From NCBI GenBank assembly GCA_028711995.1, contig JAQTRE010000001.1:33799-97798 (forward strand): a stretch of DNA of 64,000 nt, given 5' to 3'. The translations under genes and the position numbers were made by a program. Of this stretch, positions 9,807-19,298 are shown one piece after another. This DNA is from Dehalococcoidia bacterium. GTDB lineage: Bacteria > Chloroflexota > Dehalococcoidia > SZUA-161 > SpSt-899. The notes beneath the pieces are model-generated. The model saw only the letters and a program-made list of their open reading frames with translations. It ran no database searches and was not told the origin of the DNA. The number at the start of each line of letters is the position of its first letter. Position 1 is the stretch's first letter.

Positions 9807-11271
9807 TCTTCTTCTCCCGTTTCTGCGCAGCCACTTGCTCCACAATACCCCTGGCCTCTTCCTGCGTATCCATAGCCAACTTCGCGATCGGCGCGCCATT
9901 GAGATAGTGTTGATCCATAGCGGGATCATCGGACCGATCCCAGCCAAGAGCTTCTCGGCCTTCGTTCGGCGTAATGAACGCGGCATCTTCCAGCTTCTGA
10001 TAGTAATCGACATCCTCCGATCTGTCGGAGATGTCCATCTCATTCAGCCGCCATGTCCAATCGGTGATCTTGAATCCCTGCTGAACCACAAACAGGTTGA
10101 TCTTGGCCTCCAACATCGACCGGCGCGAATCGACCTCCTGGAACTTGTATATCTCATTGGCCACTTTGATGTTCGTTGACCCCAATGATCCCAGCTCTGC
10201 CAGTCCGAGACGATAAGGCGGCACCGAATGAGCGGCGAGGATTTCATTTCTCACGTCCTGCCGATAGAGCCTGAAGTGCCCTTCCCGAACATCGACAGCC
10301 AGCTTCTCAAACGTAATCTTTGGCGGGTCCTTCTGCCCGGGTTCTGCCGGGGGCAGCGACATCACAAGCGTCGAGTGAGGATTGCCCTTCGCTTTATTCT
10401 CGAAGAAGTCGTGGATAACCGCTTCGGTCTCGGGATCCAGTTCACCATTCTCGATGACCACCGCATATTGAGGGATGGCGTTGTTCTCGAAGAAACTGAT
10501 GTTATAGTCTCGCTGGTTCATGTCTCCCAGAATCGCACCCAGGGCAGGGTAGACCTGGGGAAGGCCATAGAATTCCGACCGTGGTGTGTACTCCTTCCAC
10601 TGGATCAACTCTGTGGCTCTGAGGTTAAATTCCGTTACGTCGCTGATATCGCCAGTGTCCTTATTGACCGTCTCTGGCAACCCGGCACGCTTGAACCACA
10701 CAGACTTCTGATCGACCCTCTGCAAGAAGCGCTTGCCATCCTCATGCGGCCAGATGGTGTCGGCGTAAACATGAGCCAATGCGGTCGGCTCGCCTTGGTT
10801 CTTATCTTCCCGGATGATCTCCAGATAAGCGTTACCCGTCGATTCAAAGTCAATCAGCACCTTGTTCAACACGTCTTCAAGTGTCTCCCCCAGGGTAACG
10901 GACGCACTCTTGAAAAACTCATAGAGCTTCTCCCGATTGGCTTCAGACCCTTTGACCTCCCCTTCGTCATTCAGCTCACTCTCCAGCGTCCAGCCGTGGC
11001 CGATAGTATCCCGAGCCTTGGCTCTAACCGCCTTGCTGTGCCACGTATTGGTATCAAGTAGGTTGACCAGAATACTGAGGTTGGCCGGAGGCAAGACGAT
11101 CCCCTGACGGCCTAGCTTCATAATCTCGGTCTTGGGCAGTGCCCGGCTCTTTGCCTCACCCTTCCGCTTGACGGCGTAGCGTTCCAGCGCATCGGATGGA
11201 ATCACTTTGCCATCGCCCAGAATATAAGCCTTCACCCTGCTTTTGGATTTCTCGCCCTTGTCTTCGGCCAT
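9790..11271 (-). CDS. Phage portal protein
   Basis: Size of about 490 aa, position between terminase and Mu-F-like gene, and a sequence typical of the HK97/SPP1 portal class. Confidence 0.65.
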   Translation of the reverse strand: MAEDKGEKSKSRVKAYILGDGKVIPSDALERYAVKRKGEAKSRALPKTEIMKLGRQGIVLPPANLSILVNLLDTNTWHSKAVRAKARDTIGHGWTLESELNDEGEVKGSEANREKLYEFFKSASVTLGETLEDVLNKVLIDFESTGNAYLEIIREDKNQGEPTALAHVYADTIWPHEDGKRFLQRVDQKSVWFKRAGLPETVNKDTGDISDVTEFNLRATELIQWKEYTPRSEFYGLPQVYPALGAILGDMNQRDYNISFFENNAIPQYAVVIENGELDPETEAVIHDFFENKAKGNPHSTLVMSLPPAEPGQKDPPKITFEKLAVDVREGHFRLYRQDVRNEILAAHSVPPYRLGLAELGSLGSTNIKVANEIYKFQEVDSRRSMLEAKINLFVVQQGFKITDWTWRLNEMDISDRSEDVDYYQKLEDAAFITPNEGREALGWDRSDDPAMDQHYLNGAPIAKLAMDTQEEARGIVEQVAAQKREKKNGNHQ

Positions 11272-11286
11272 GTCACACCTCCAAGT

Positions 11287-11691
11287 CTAGTCAGCCGCCA
11301 CGAAGTTCAGATTCGCTGAAACATCTCCAGTGGCCGCCGTCATTGGCACCGATATCGCCATGATGCATTGAGTGTATCTCCCGCTATCGAGGTGAAACGT
11401 CGACGGCGTGACGGTCACATAGTCACATCCATTCACCTGGACAGTTATGTCCACAGGTTCTCCGGGGTTCTGCACAACGAACGTGTGCTGTATCGAGCTA
11501 CCGCGTTTCAAATCGCCGATATACCAGCCGGTGATTTCGGTAGTCATGGCCTCATCGCTGTAGAACTTGATGGCGCGGTTTGATGTCACAGTGAAGTTCA
11601 CCGGCATCGAGCCCAGCAGACTCTGTGCCAACGCTACACCGACCACTGCCAGCACAGCCAGGATAAGGACAACGAACATCAGCTTTTTCAT
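11287..11691 (-). CDS. Small secreted protein (signal peptide followed by a beta-rich domain), probable moron
   Basis: The N-terminus MKKLMFVVLILAVLAVVGVALAQS is a canonical Sec signal peptide. The gene is inserted between terL and the portal gene. Confidence 0.5.
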   Translation of the reverse strand: MKKLMFVVLILAVLAVVGVALAQSLLGSMPVNFTVTSNRAIKFYSDEAMTTEITGWYIGDLKRGSSIQHTFVVQNPGEPVDITVQVNGCDYVTVTPSTFHLDSGRYTQCIMAISVPMTAATGDVSANLNFVAAD

Positions 11692-11770
11692 GTTTTCACT
11701 TCCTCCCCTCTTTTTTGTTATGCGCGTGCTTTTATCTATAAGCTCATGAATGTCTCATACGCATCACCCC

Positions 11771-13180
11771 CTATCCCGAACTCGCCTTGATCTTCCCGCG
11801 TCTTTGGCTCTGCTCAACCTCTCGAACGTAGTTGAAGAAGAGACTCGTCGTGTCCACCTGGTCATCATGAGCCCCTCTCGGAAAGACCTCATGCTCCAGC
11901 TCCCAGTCTTCGAGCCAGGGAGCGCCTTCGCGCAGCCAAACCCGCTTGCCCTCGAAGAACATGGTCACCGCCTCAGCGTTCGACGTTTTGTCATTCCCGA
12001 CCTTCCGGCGCAAAATCCTCAAGTGAGTGCGGAATGTCAGATCATCGATCAGCGATTGCCCACTGGCTGCGTCTTCGATCAACACCAGATCAGGACTCCA
12101 GTAGCTCCCCTGTGCCTGGGCGATGTTCTCCAGCCGGTAGAACGGCACCTTGTTTCGCCAGACATCCAGAAGGATGTACCCAAGTTGAAACTCGCCCCAG
12201 ACGGCGATGACCGAATAGCTATTGTCCACCCCCTGCTTAAAGGCAGTGTCCATGGCCAGGTAGAGCTTCTTTATTGGAAACGCCTCATTGCCGACGATCA
12301 CCTTGACGGGATCCGTGGGGCTTTCGAGAACCTTGGCGTGCTGCCACCATTTACGCTGGAATATCCCACCCTCTTGGGCAACGATCTTCCCCTGGTACAT
12401 CAACTCGAAGCGTCTGGCTCCGAGCGACTTCCTCTTATCCAGGATGTGCTCCCATGACCATCGCTCCGGCCAAAGCAGGTTGTCTGCCGGACTGATCGCC
12501 GGGAAGTGGACGACCTTGAATCCGTCTTTCTCCATGCGTGAGTAGGCGTCGTCTTCATGCCACCGGGTTCCAATGGCGATGATCTGGCCTCCATCGACTA
12601 CCCGGGAAAATGCCGTGCTGGTTATCCAGTTCCATACCTTATCCCGCTGCAATTGCGTGGCTGAGTTTTCTTCATCCATGACGTCATCGATGATCAGCTT
12701 ATTGAGCCGGGATCCTAGCAACGGGCCTCCTACGCCGGTACAGATGAAGGTCGCGTCCTTGTCACCGAGATTCGGCCTCTTGACGAACCATTCGTTCTCA
12801 GCCGTACCCTTGGCGGGATCGAGTTGCAGCTCCGGGTAGGCCAACTTGATGATCGGATCCCCGTTGACCATGTCTCGCACAGCCACTGACTGCTTCGCTG
12901 CCTGGGTGAACGTGTCCCCCACGTAACCCATGTGGATGGAAGAGTCCTGGCAGATGAAGTACAGGGAAGCAATGACCCCGACAACAGTTGTCTTGGCGCT
13001 GTCCGGCGGGCATATGAATAGAATCTTCTTGTTCTCTGGTTTGATCAGCTCGTCCAGCCAGATCTCATGGAACCAGGTCGGCTCAAGTTTGAAAACGAGC
13101 GACATGAACCCGGGCAGGTCTTGCATTGCCGCCCGGCCATAATCCCGAACCTGGCTGAGAGGTACTTTCACTTGGGACAC
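11771..13180 (-). CDS. terL: Phage terminase large subunit
   Basis: ATPase Walker region (ILFICPPDSAKTT) and a C-terminal RNase-H-like nuclease motif (GAHDDQVDTTSLFFNY) characteristic of TerL. Confidence 0.8.
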   Translation of the reverse strand: MSQVKVPLSQVRDYGRAAMQDLPGFMSLVFKLEPTWFHEIWLDELIKPENKKILFICPPDSAKTTVVGVIASLYFICQDSSIHMGYVGDTFTQAAKQSVAVRDMVNGDPIIKLAYPELQLDPAKGTAENEWFVKRPNLGDKDATFICTGVGGPLLGSRLNKLIIDDVMDEENSATQLQRDKVWNWITSTAFSRVVDGGQIIAIGTRWHEDDAYSRMEKDGFKVVHFPAISPADNLLWPERWSWEHILDKRKSLGARRFELMYQGKIVAQEGGIFQRKWWQHAKVLESPTDPVKVIVGNEAFPIKKLYLAMDTAFKQGVDNSYSVIAVWGEFQLGYILLDVWRNKVPFYRLENIAQAQGSYWSPDLVLIEDAASGQSLIDDLTFRTHLRILRRKVGNDKTSNAEAVTMFFEGKRVWLREGAPWLEDWELEHEVFPRGAHDDQVDTTSLFFNYVREVEQSQRRGKIKASSG

Positions 13181-13809
13181 TGTGGCACTCCCCCTTCACC
13201 CACCCATTCGGAATACTTCTCTCTCGCCGCCGCTACTCTCTCCTGCTGCTGGGCTTTCATCTCCAGAGCCTTGGCAATTCGCTCCATCACGTCTTCAGCC
13301 ACATCGACCATGTCACTCTCAACATTCTGCTTCATGATCTCGTTAGGTTCCCCCCTAGCGACACGTTCAAGCTTGGCGCCAACTTCGAGTGCCCGGATCG
13401 CCTCCGAAACAGTGACCTTGGGCAACACCATCGTGTCGCTCGCCTCGGTACCGCTCTTCTTCTGTTGCTCCTGCAGTTTTACCAAGCTCTGTAGCAGAGT
13501 GTTAATCTTCTGGGTGCCAAGCGTCTGAAGCATCTTGCCTTCCTTAGCCTGACGTTCCGCCATCTCAATAACAGCTTGGCGGTTCGCTTCCAGCCTGGCT
13601 TTATCAAGATGGGCCTCATAAGCAGCAATTCGCTCCTGCCATTTCCAGCGGGATGACCACTCTTCTATTTGGCGGTTGTATGTCGCATGCCGACCGAGAG
13701 CCTCCCGTACCTTTTCGAGAGTCCGGTCATCACCCATGTCTCGATAGATTTGAAAGGCTCGCCATGCTTTATGGCGCTCTTTCGGTTGCCTATGCCACAG
13801 TTCCGCCAT
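13168..13809 (-). CDS. Putative terminase small subunit
   Basis: Lies immediately upstream of terL and overlaps it; helical/coiled-coil protein; no strong motif. Confidence 0.4.
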   Translation of the reverse strand: MAELWHRQPKERHKAWRAFQIYRDMGDDRTLEKVREALGRHATYNRQIEEWSSRWKWQERIAAYEAHLDKARLEANRQAVIEMAERQAKEGKMLQTLGTQKINTLLQSLVKLQEQQKKSGTEASDTMVLPKVTVSEAIRALEVGAKLERVARGEPNEIMKQNVESDMVDVAEDVMERIAKALEMKAQQQERVAAAREKYSEWVGEGGVPQCPK

Positions 13810-13829
13810 CTTCCCGCTCTTCTTGGCCC

Positions 13830-14213
13830 CTATTTCACCATCTTACGTCTCTGCCTTGGATCCTCATCGCAGGACCCCTCAAACACGTCTGCCGGTATCC
13901 AGCGGTTGCATATGGCTATCGCCACGGCATGAGTCCGATCCCGCGCTTCGAGTTTCACCATAATAGAGGTCATATGATTCTTGATCGTCTGCTCGCTGAT
14001 GCCCAAAGCGGTCGCAACCTGCTTATTGCCGTAGCCGAGGGATACCAGGCGCAACACTTCGGTCTCTCGATTCGTGAGAATCCGACGTCTAAGCGGTTCG
14101 GTCGCGATGTCGCCAAATTCAGCCAGCGTGATTCTGTACAGGCCATTCGTAGCCCTCAGCTCATCAGCAACCATTCGAGCGAAGTCGGATAACGGCGTAG
14201 TGCCTTCCATCAT
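13830..14213 (-). CDS. LuxR/GerE-family HTH transcriptional regulator (candidate late-gene activator)
   Basis: ETEVLRLVSLGYGNKQVATALGISEQTIKNHMTSIMVKL is a LuxR-type HTH. Confidence 0.6.
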   Translation of the reverse strand: MMEGTTPLSDFARMVADELRATNGLYRITLAEFGDIATEPLRRRILTNRETEVLRLVSLGYGNKQVATALGISEQTIKNHMTSIMVKLEARDRTHAVAIAICNRWIPADVFEGSCDEDPRQRRKMVK

Positions 14214-15097
14214 GCCTTGCTCAGGTAATCAGCAGCCAAGTATTCAATGGCCTGCCACAAGTTCGTCTGCTCAATATCTCCTGCACCCACCATCTTGTCG
14301 ATGGCCCTTTTGACCACAGCCGCGGCCTGCGCCGGGATCTTCGATTGCCCGAACAAGGTCTCCATCGGAATCCAGCCGTTGTGTATAGGCTCACCGTTGG
14401 GATAGAGATAGCCTTGCTGCAAGTCGGTGATATGGTTTCTGGACAGATCCATCATGACCATGACAGTGGTCGCCACATTCTTGATGCCATACGATGCGCC
14501 AGTGGCCTCCAAGATATCGAGCCATTTGTCATACTCAGACCAGCGCGTGACCCAGACCTCAGTATTGCCGCTCAGAAGCGCCTTGACTTCCTCAAACGTC
14601 TTTCGGGCCTCTTCGAGTTCGTCCGGAAGGAAAAGCATCGTGATCGTCTGGTACTTCAGATGAGGCTCGCTGAATGACTCGATGCTCACCTTGTCCAGTA
14701 ACTCCAGGGTTTTATCATCGAGGCCGGCATAGACCTTGAAGTCCACCTGACCGATAGACTCATAAAGCTCCTTCAAGATGGCTGGATCATCCTCCCCGGC
14801 GATCGCGTTGTGGCTGAGCTGGATGGCGATCTTTCGATCGCGGGACAATTGTTCATCGGTCACCATGACAGGGATTTCATCGAGCCCCGCTGCGATTGCC
14901 GCCTTGACGCGATGGTTTCCGGAGAGCACCAGATATTTCCCGTCCTCTTCCCGACAGGCAAATGGCACGGAGGTCAACGCGGCATCATCACGGATATTGG
15001 CCACCAGGCGCTGAAACGCCTCGTGTCTCATATACCGGGCATTGAGTTCGAGCAACTTGAGGTCATTAGGATTGATCTTGACTATCCGGGTTTCCAC
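14210..15097 (-). CDS. ParB-like nuclease (ParB/Srx N-terminal) domain protein
   Basis: KINPNDLKLLELNARYMRHEAF ... LSGNHRVKAAIAAG fits the ParB N-terminal domain. Confidence 0.6.
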   Translation of the reverse strand: METRIVKINPNDLKLLELNARYMRHEAFQRLVANIRDDAALTSVPFACREEDGKYLVLSGNHRVKAAIAAGLDEIPVMVTDEQLSRDRKIAIQLSHNAIAGEDDPAILKELYESIGQVDFKVYAGLDDKTLELLDKVSIESFSEPHLKYQTITMLFLPDELEEARKTFEEVKALLSGNTEVWVTRWSEYDKWLDILEATGASYGIKNVATTVMVMMDLSRNHITDLQQGYLYPNGEPIHNGWIPMETLFGQSKIPAQAAAVVKRAIDKMVGAGDIEQTNLWQAIEYLAADYLSKA

Positions 15098-16454
15098 CCT
15101 TCACCTCCAATCTTTGACCATGTTTCTTCTTCCAGAGGGCCAAGCCCTCTGGAAGAGTCCAAGCTCCTATCTTCACCCAATAGTTGAGCATGTACTTCTT
15201 CCCCTGCTCGTCTGTTTCCTTCCGGCTGAGCAAGTTGAACAGGCCCCTGTATTTCATCGACACCGGGTTTTCGCTGAAGGCCGTGGTAACGATTGAACGG
15301 ACTCGCCCACGGGCGAGCCTCTCCGCCAATAGCTGGGATTCCGATGAGGCTGCCGCGTAGAGCACCAGTTTGGCCAGGCGTTTGTAGTCGGTAGGCGCAA
15401 CGGGAAAGTCGCTGAGAAGATAGATACAGGGGTTAGGGATACCGTTAAACGTCCCGAAAGAGGGCGCCGAAGAGAAGGCATAGACACCAATGAGATACCC
15501 ATCGACGAGGACGCCGACGGCCAGCGATTCCGAACCCGGTTTGATGTTTTCATTCATGTACTGGGAGCGCAAACTGTGGAACTCCGGGCTGTCGAGAATC
15601 TTCAGCTCCATCTTCTCGCCCACAGTCGCGCCAGGGGACAGCCGGGGGATGAGGACGTTGGCGCAATCCTGATGAGGCATGACCACTTGAGACCGCTCGA
15701 CGGCGTTCGAGTAGACGTAGATCGGCACGCCACGGTTCGTCGTCTGCGTCACTCCCTTGAGGTAGGGCTCCATTTCCGGCATTCGAAGATGAATGCCCAA
15801 CACCCACTTGTCCTTCCGCATCGCTTTGCCGAGGATCTCCATCTTCCTGTCCTGGTCGATCTCCTTGAACTCGGGCTCCGTATGGAAGAACAACCGCCCG
15901 AGCTTCTTGAACTGGTTCGTATAGTCGCCGGAGAAGAACGGCATATACATGACCAGCGCCTTGCCATCGGGCACCCGGTCGATCCAGGTGTAGACGTCCT
16001 CTGCCGAATACGATGCCAGCTTGAGGGTCAGCTTTTGCAGCTTCTCTTTCATCTTGGCGTGCAACTCTGGGAACTGTTTCTGATACTCGCCAATGATCCG
16101 GCTATAGTACCGATTGTTCGGCTTGGTGATGCCGCGCTCGAATCCGGTGGCGAGGAGCATGGTCGCCACCCGGTCAACGTCTTCCAGCATGTAATCGTTC
16201 AGCCAGGAGAACATCGGAAATTCGAGATCGTTCAGATCGATCTCGACCGGCTGGCCGGAGAAGAATTGGCCCAGGGTGTTGGAGTAGATCGTCACATCGT
16301 TGGAGTACAAGCGAAAGTCTGGCGAAATAGAGTGCAAGACCCGCTCGACCGTGAAGCTGCCGGAACAGCCGACATAGAACTCGTCGGCGTCCCAATTCTT
16401 CACAATGCCTTTGAGTATCGCCTGCATCGATGTGGGTATGCTGCCGTGAAACAT
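15066..16454 (-). CDS. Dam-like (D12-class) DNA adenine methyltransferase homolog, possibly catalytically divergent
   Basis: The N-terminus aligns by eye to Dam motif I (EFYVGCSGSF vs EPFVGAGSVF; RLYSNDVTIYSN vs RYILADINSDLISLY). The position expected for DPPY reads MPFF. Confidence 0.35.
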   Translation of the reverse strand: MFHGSIPTSMQAILKGIVKNWDADEFYVGCSGSFTVERVLHSISPDFRLYSNDVTIYSNTLGQFFSGQPVEIDLNDLEFPMFSWLNDYMLEDVDRVATMLLATGFERGITKPNNRYYSRIIGEYQKQFPELHAKMKEKLQKLTLKLASYSAEDVYTWIDRVPDGKALVMYMPFFSGDYTNQFKKLGRLFFHTEPEFKEIDQDRKMEILGKAMRKDKWVLGIHLRMPEMEPYLKGVTQTTNRGVPIYVYSNAVERSQVVMPHQDCANVLIPRLSPGATVGEKMELKILDSPEFHSLRSQYMNENIKPGSESLAVGVLVDGYLIGVYAFSSAPSFGTFNGIPNPCIYLLSDFPVAPTDYKRLAKLVLYAAASSESQLLAERLARGRVRSIVTTAFSENPVSMKYRGLFNLLSRKETDEQGKKYMLNYWVKIGAWTLPEGLALWKKKHGQRLEVKGGNPDSQDQS

Positions 16455-16535
16455 GCTCCCCCTATAACCAAAAAAAGGGAGTACAAACCTTGGTCCGTAC
16501 TCCCTTCCCGATTCCCTTGTGATATTACGCTGAAA

Positions 16536-16916
16536 CTATATCAGTGCCATCTCAAATCCCAACTGCTTGTGGTCCGGATCCGGTGGTTGCATCTCCGGCA
16601 CCACGATCTTCAGATTACTCTCCAACCACTCTGCAACCAGCCTGCGGTGACAAAACTCGCCCGGCTTCTCCCAGCACAACATGATCGCCCCATCTCCCAG
16701 CTCCTCGGCCACTACCTTCGGGTCTAGTTTGGCCAGCACCAGCGACTGGTACAACCTCGTGTACTCTGCTTCTGACCGGTGCCCCTTGAGAAGGAAAGCT
16801 GGAGGGTTCAGATCTCTGTAGAGCCTGCCATTGAACCATGGTGGAACCCCTAGTGAAATTCCCACTGCCTTCGGGTGTTTTCCATTGAGCCGGTAGTTGG
16901 AGGTGAAAAGATTCAT
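16536..16916 (-). CDS. DUF488-family protein
   Basis: Pattern ...PPWF.G...Y..L.P...L......Y...Y...L......LCWEKPGEFCHRRLVAEWL resembles DUF488 (YeaO-like). Confidence 0.45.
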   Translation of the reverse strand: MNLFTSNYRLNGKHPKAVGISLGVPPWFNGRLYRDLNPPAFLLKGHRSEAEYTRLYQSLVLAKLDPKVVAEELGDGAIMLCWEKPGEFCHRRLVAEWLESNLKIVVPEMQPPDPDHKQLGFEMALI

Positions 16917-17022
16917 TTTTATATCCTATACTTCATTCTATCATTTTTGACCACTATCGTAAACATTTATCGCGAAGAAAGCGCCTTTTGTTACCAGAAA
17001 ATCGACTAATCATCGCAAAACT

Positions 17023-17400
17023 TCATAGGTTGATTTCAAATAATCCCAAACGGCCCCTGTAAGGAATGGGCTTCTCGTACAGAACCGGGTTGGTAAGCAC
17101 AAACCCGTACCGGCCAACGAACCAGGGGGATTCGCTCTCAGTCACGCAGTCAACGATGTCCACTTCTCCGATGATGGCCCCTCTGGGCAGGCTCCCAATG
17201 AAATCCATTGTCCACATCTGCGACCACACCTCCGGTTTCATACGGCGCTCGATAAACTCCCAGCCTTTATCATCCAGTGATTTGCCCGCATGAACATAGA
17301 TGCGCCCTCGGAAGTTGGTCGGCCAGTCCCGATTCTCAATGTCCTTGTAGCCTGCACAAATGAGATATGCCCACGGCTGTTTGATGCTGAGTGCTTTCAT
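17023..17400 (-). CDS. ASCH (PUA-like) domain protein
   Basis: MKALSIKQPWAYLI..GYKDIENRDW..NFRGRIYVHAG is the canonical ASCH signature. The start was set at the internal ATG at 17400, which overlaps the upstream gene's stop (ATGA). Confidence 0.65.
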   Translation of the reverse strand: MKALSIKQPWAYLICAGYKDIENRDWPTNFRGRIYVHAGKSLDDKGWEFIERRMKPEVWSQMWTMDFIGSLPRGAIIGEVDIVDCVTESESPWFVGRYGFVLTNPVLYEKPIPYRGRLGLFEINL

Positions 17401-18221
17401 GGTTTCATCTCCGGCCTCTGTCTGATTCTCAATTCTTCCGGCCATTCGGCCATGTCGTGAGAAACCTTGTTCTTTAGTTTGCAGTTCCAGCAATGGTCAG
17501 AATATATACCATACCCACATTTTTGCTCACAGATCGCGCCGGATATTCCTTTGATCCACAGCGGCACGCCCGCCGCTTGGCACTGATCCCTGATACTCCT
17601 GATCCACTCGATCTTGCAGGGCCTGCGCTTCGGGCCTGTCTCGGCTCCGGCGACAACCCAATCGAGTTTTTGCCATCCGGTCGGGAAAGGATAAAGCATC
17701 CCCATGACAGAATTCAGATCAACCTCACCCAACATCGGCTCAATACTCACAAACCGATGCGCTGCTGGCGTCCGGAGAAGCTCTGGTATCCGCTTGTCCG
17801 CTTGTTCTTGATTCTCGGCAGTTACCCCAAGCCACAGATTATTGATCGGCCAAGTGTCCGTTCGGGAAATTCTCAGCCGGTCCTTGGTCAGCAACTTGAG
17901 GCGGTCTTCCCTTTTGGTCAGCAGCAGGAACTGATGTTGAGGGCACTGCGTTATGACGGCCAGCGCGTCCTCTAGGCAGTTGATCGGCACTTCCTCATGG
18001 AGAAGATCACTCCAGATTGAATAAATCGTCGGCTTTTTGCGCTTCAAAGGTGCCTTCAGACGATCGTTTTGGAACTTCACGGTCCCCGGCTCAACTCCTC
18101 TCAATCGGTGCATCCTGTCTAGCCAGCAATGCTCGCACCCGGGACTAACTTTGGTGCATCCATCTACCAGCGACCATGCCCGGTCCCAGTATTTCCCAGA
18201 CTCGATTGCTGCTTTCATCAT
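17397..18221 (-). CDS. Phage Gp37/Gp68-family (DUF5131) protein
   Basis: GCTKVSPGCEHCW Cys motif near the N-terminus, as in DUF5131. Confidence 0.55.
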   Translation of the reverse strand: MMKAAIESGKYWDRAWSLVDGCTKVSPGCEHCWLDRMHRLRGVEPGTVKFQNDRLKAPLKRKKPTIYSIWSDLLHEEVPINCLEDALAVITQCPQHQFLLLTKREDRLKLLTKDRLRISRTDTWPINNLWLGVTAENQEQADKRIPELLRTPAAHRFVSIEPMLGEVDLNSVMGMLYPFPTGWQKLDWVVAGAETGPKRRPCKIEWIRSIRDQCQAAGVPLWIKGISGAICEQKCGYGIYSDHCWNCKLKNKVSHDMAEWPEELRIRQRPEMKP

Positions 18222-18421
18222 TTCACCTCAATCTTCTTCAATACTCAGAATCTCGTGATGGTGAACATAGAATGGCCGACACCCATTATAGGTCACACCA
18301 ATACAGTTGCGTCCGTTGCGACCGAATACATGGGTGATTTTCTTTCTCATCTTCCGCGTTTGCCACCGGCATACCGGCTTGATGATCACGTATTTGCCAA
18401 CGTCCGATTTTCTAATGTCTC

Positions 18422-19282
18422 TCATAATAGGCACGCTACCTGTTTTCTCTGTAAAGCATTCTGAAGCTTCCCAAGATGTGTACGGAGTAGCCTGGTTTTT
18501 TCCATGGTCGATTCAATCTCTGTCGCCATCACTGTGCCGATTACGCCCGGGGTCTTCTCCTCGATCTTGAGCAACTCCTGCACCGCCTGACATGCCTTGT
18601 CCAAAGCGCTCTTGACCTTCCGCGCCGTATCGATCTGGCTGTCGGTCAATTTCGTCTCAGAAAACATATCCATCTGGTGCTCTTCCGCGAAGATGAGCTG
18701 GCAAAGCATCGATATCTCGGATGCTGATAGGTTCTTCGCGGTCATCTCCCTGATAGCCTTCATCTGACCATTGGAAGATAACCTTGCAAGGTGCCAGCAT
18801 ACGGACGGCGATATCTGCCGTGTGGCACACATCTGAAGAATGTCGTCCCTAGCGCTGAGCATATCGATGTACCACTGGACATCCGCTGGCCTCTTCCCGA
18901 CCGTTTGGGCTACCTCTTTGATCTCCATCCCCTCATCGATGAACCGCCGATAAGCCCGGGCCTCTTCGACCGGGTTCAGATCCCGCCGGGTGATGTTCTC
19001 CAAAAGCTGGAGCTTGGCCGCGGTGAGATCATCCACGTCAGCCCGGACGATGGCCGGCGTTGTCTCCCATTGCAGCTCGGTCATCGCCCTCCATCGGCGC
19101 TCACCGGCGATCAGTCGATAGCATCCACTTCCGTTAAGCGGCCTGATTATGATCGGCTGCAGAAGACCGTTGTGCTGGAGACTGGTCTTCAACTCCTCAA
19201 TGCCGTCCCGGTCAAACGCCTTTCTGGGTTGATTGGGATCCGGCTGAATCTTAGCGATCTCTACGTTCTGAATCAGAAACAC
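18422..19282 (-). CDS. ParB/Spo0J-like DNA-binding protein
   Basis: IAKIQPDPNQPRKAFDRDGIEELKTSLQHNGLLQPIIIRP...YRLIAGERRWRA is a ParB N-terminal box. Confidence 0.65.
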   Translation of the reverse strand: MFLIQNVEIAKIQPDPNQPRKAFDRDGIEELKTSLQHNGLLQPIIIRPLNGSGCYRLIAGERRWRAMTELQWETTPAIVRADVDDLTAAKLQLLENITRRDLNPVEEARAYRRFIDEGMEIKEVAQTVGKRPADVQWYIDMLSARDDILQMCATRQISPSVCWHLARLSSNGQMKAIREMTAKNLSASEISMLCQLIFAEEHQMDMFSETKLTDSQIDTARKVKSALDKACQAVQELLKIEEKTPGVIGTVMATEIESTMEKTRLLRTHLGKLQNALQRKQVACLL

Positions 19283-19298
19283 AGGATTCCCCCTTTCC

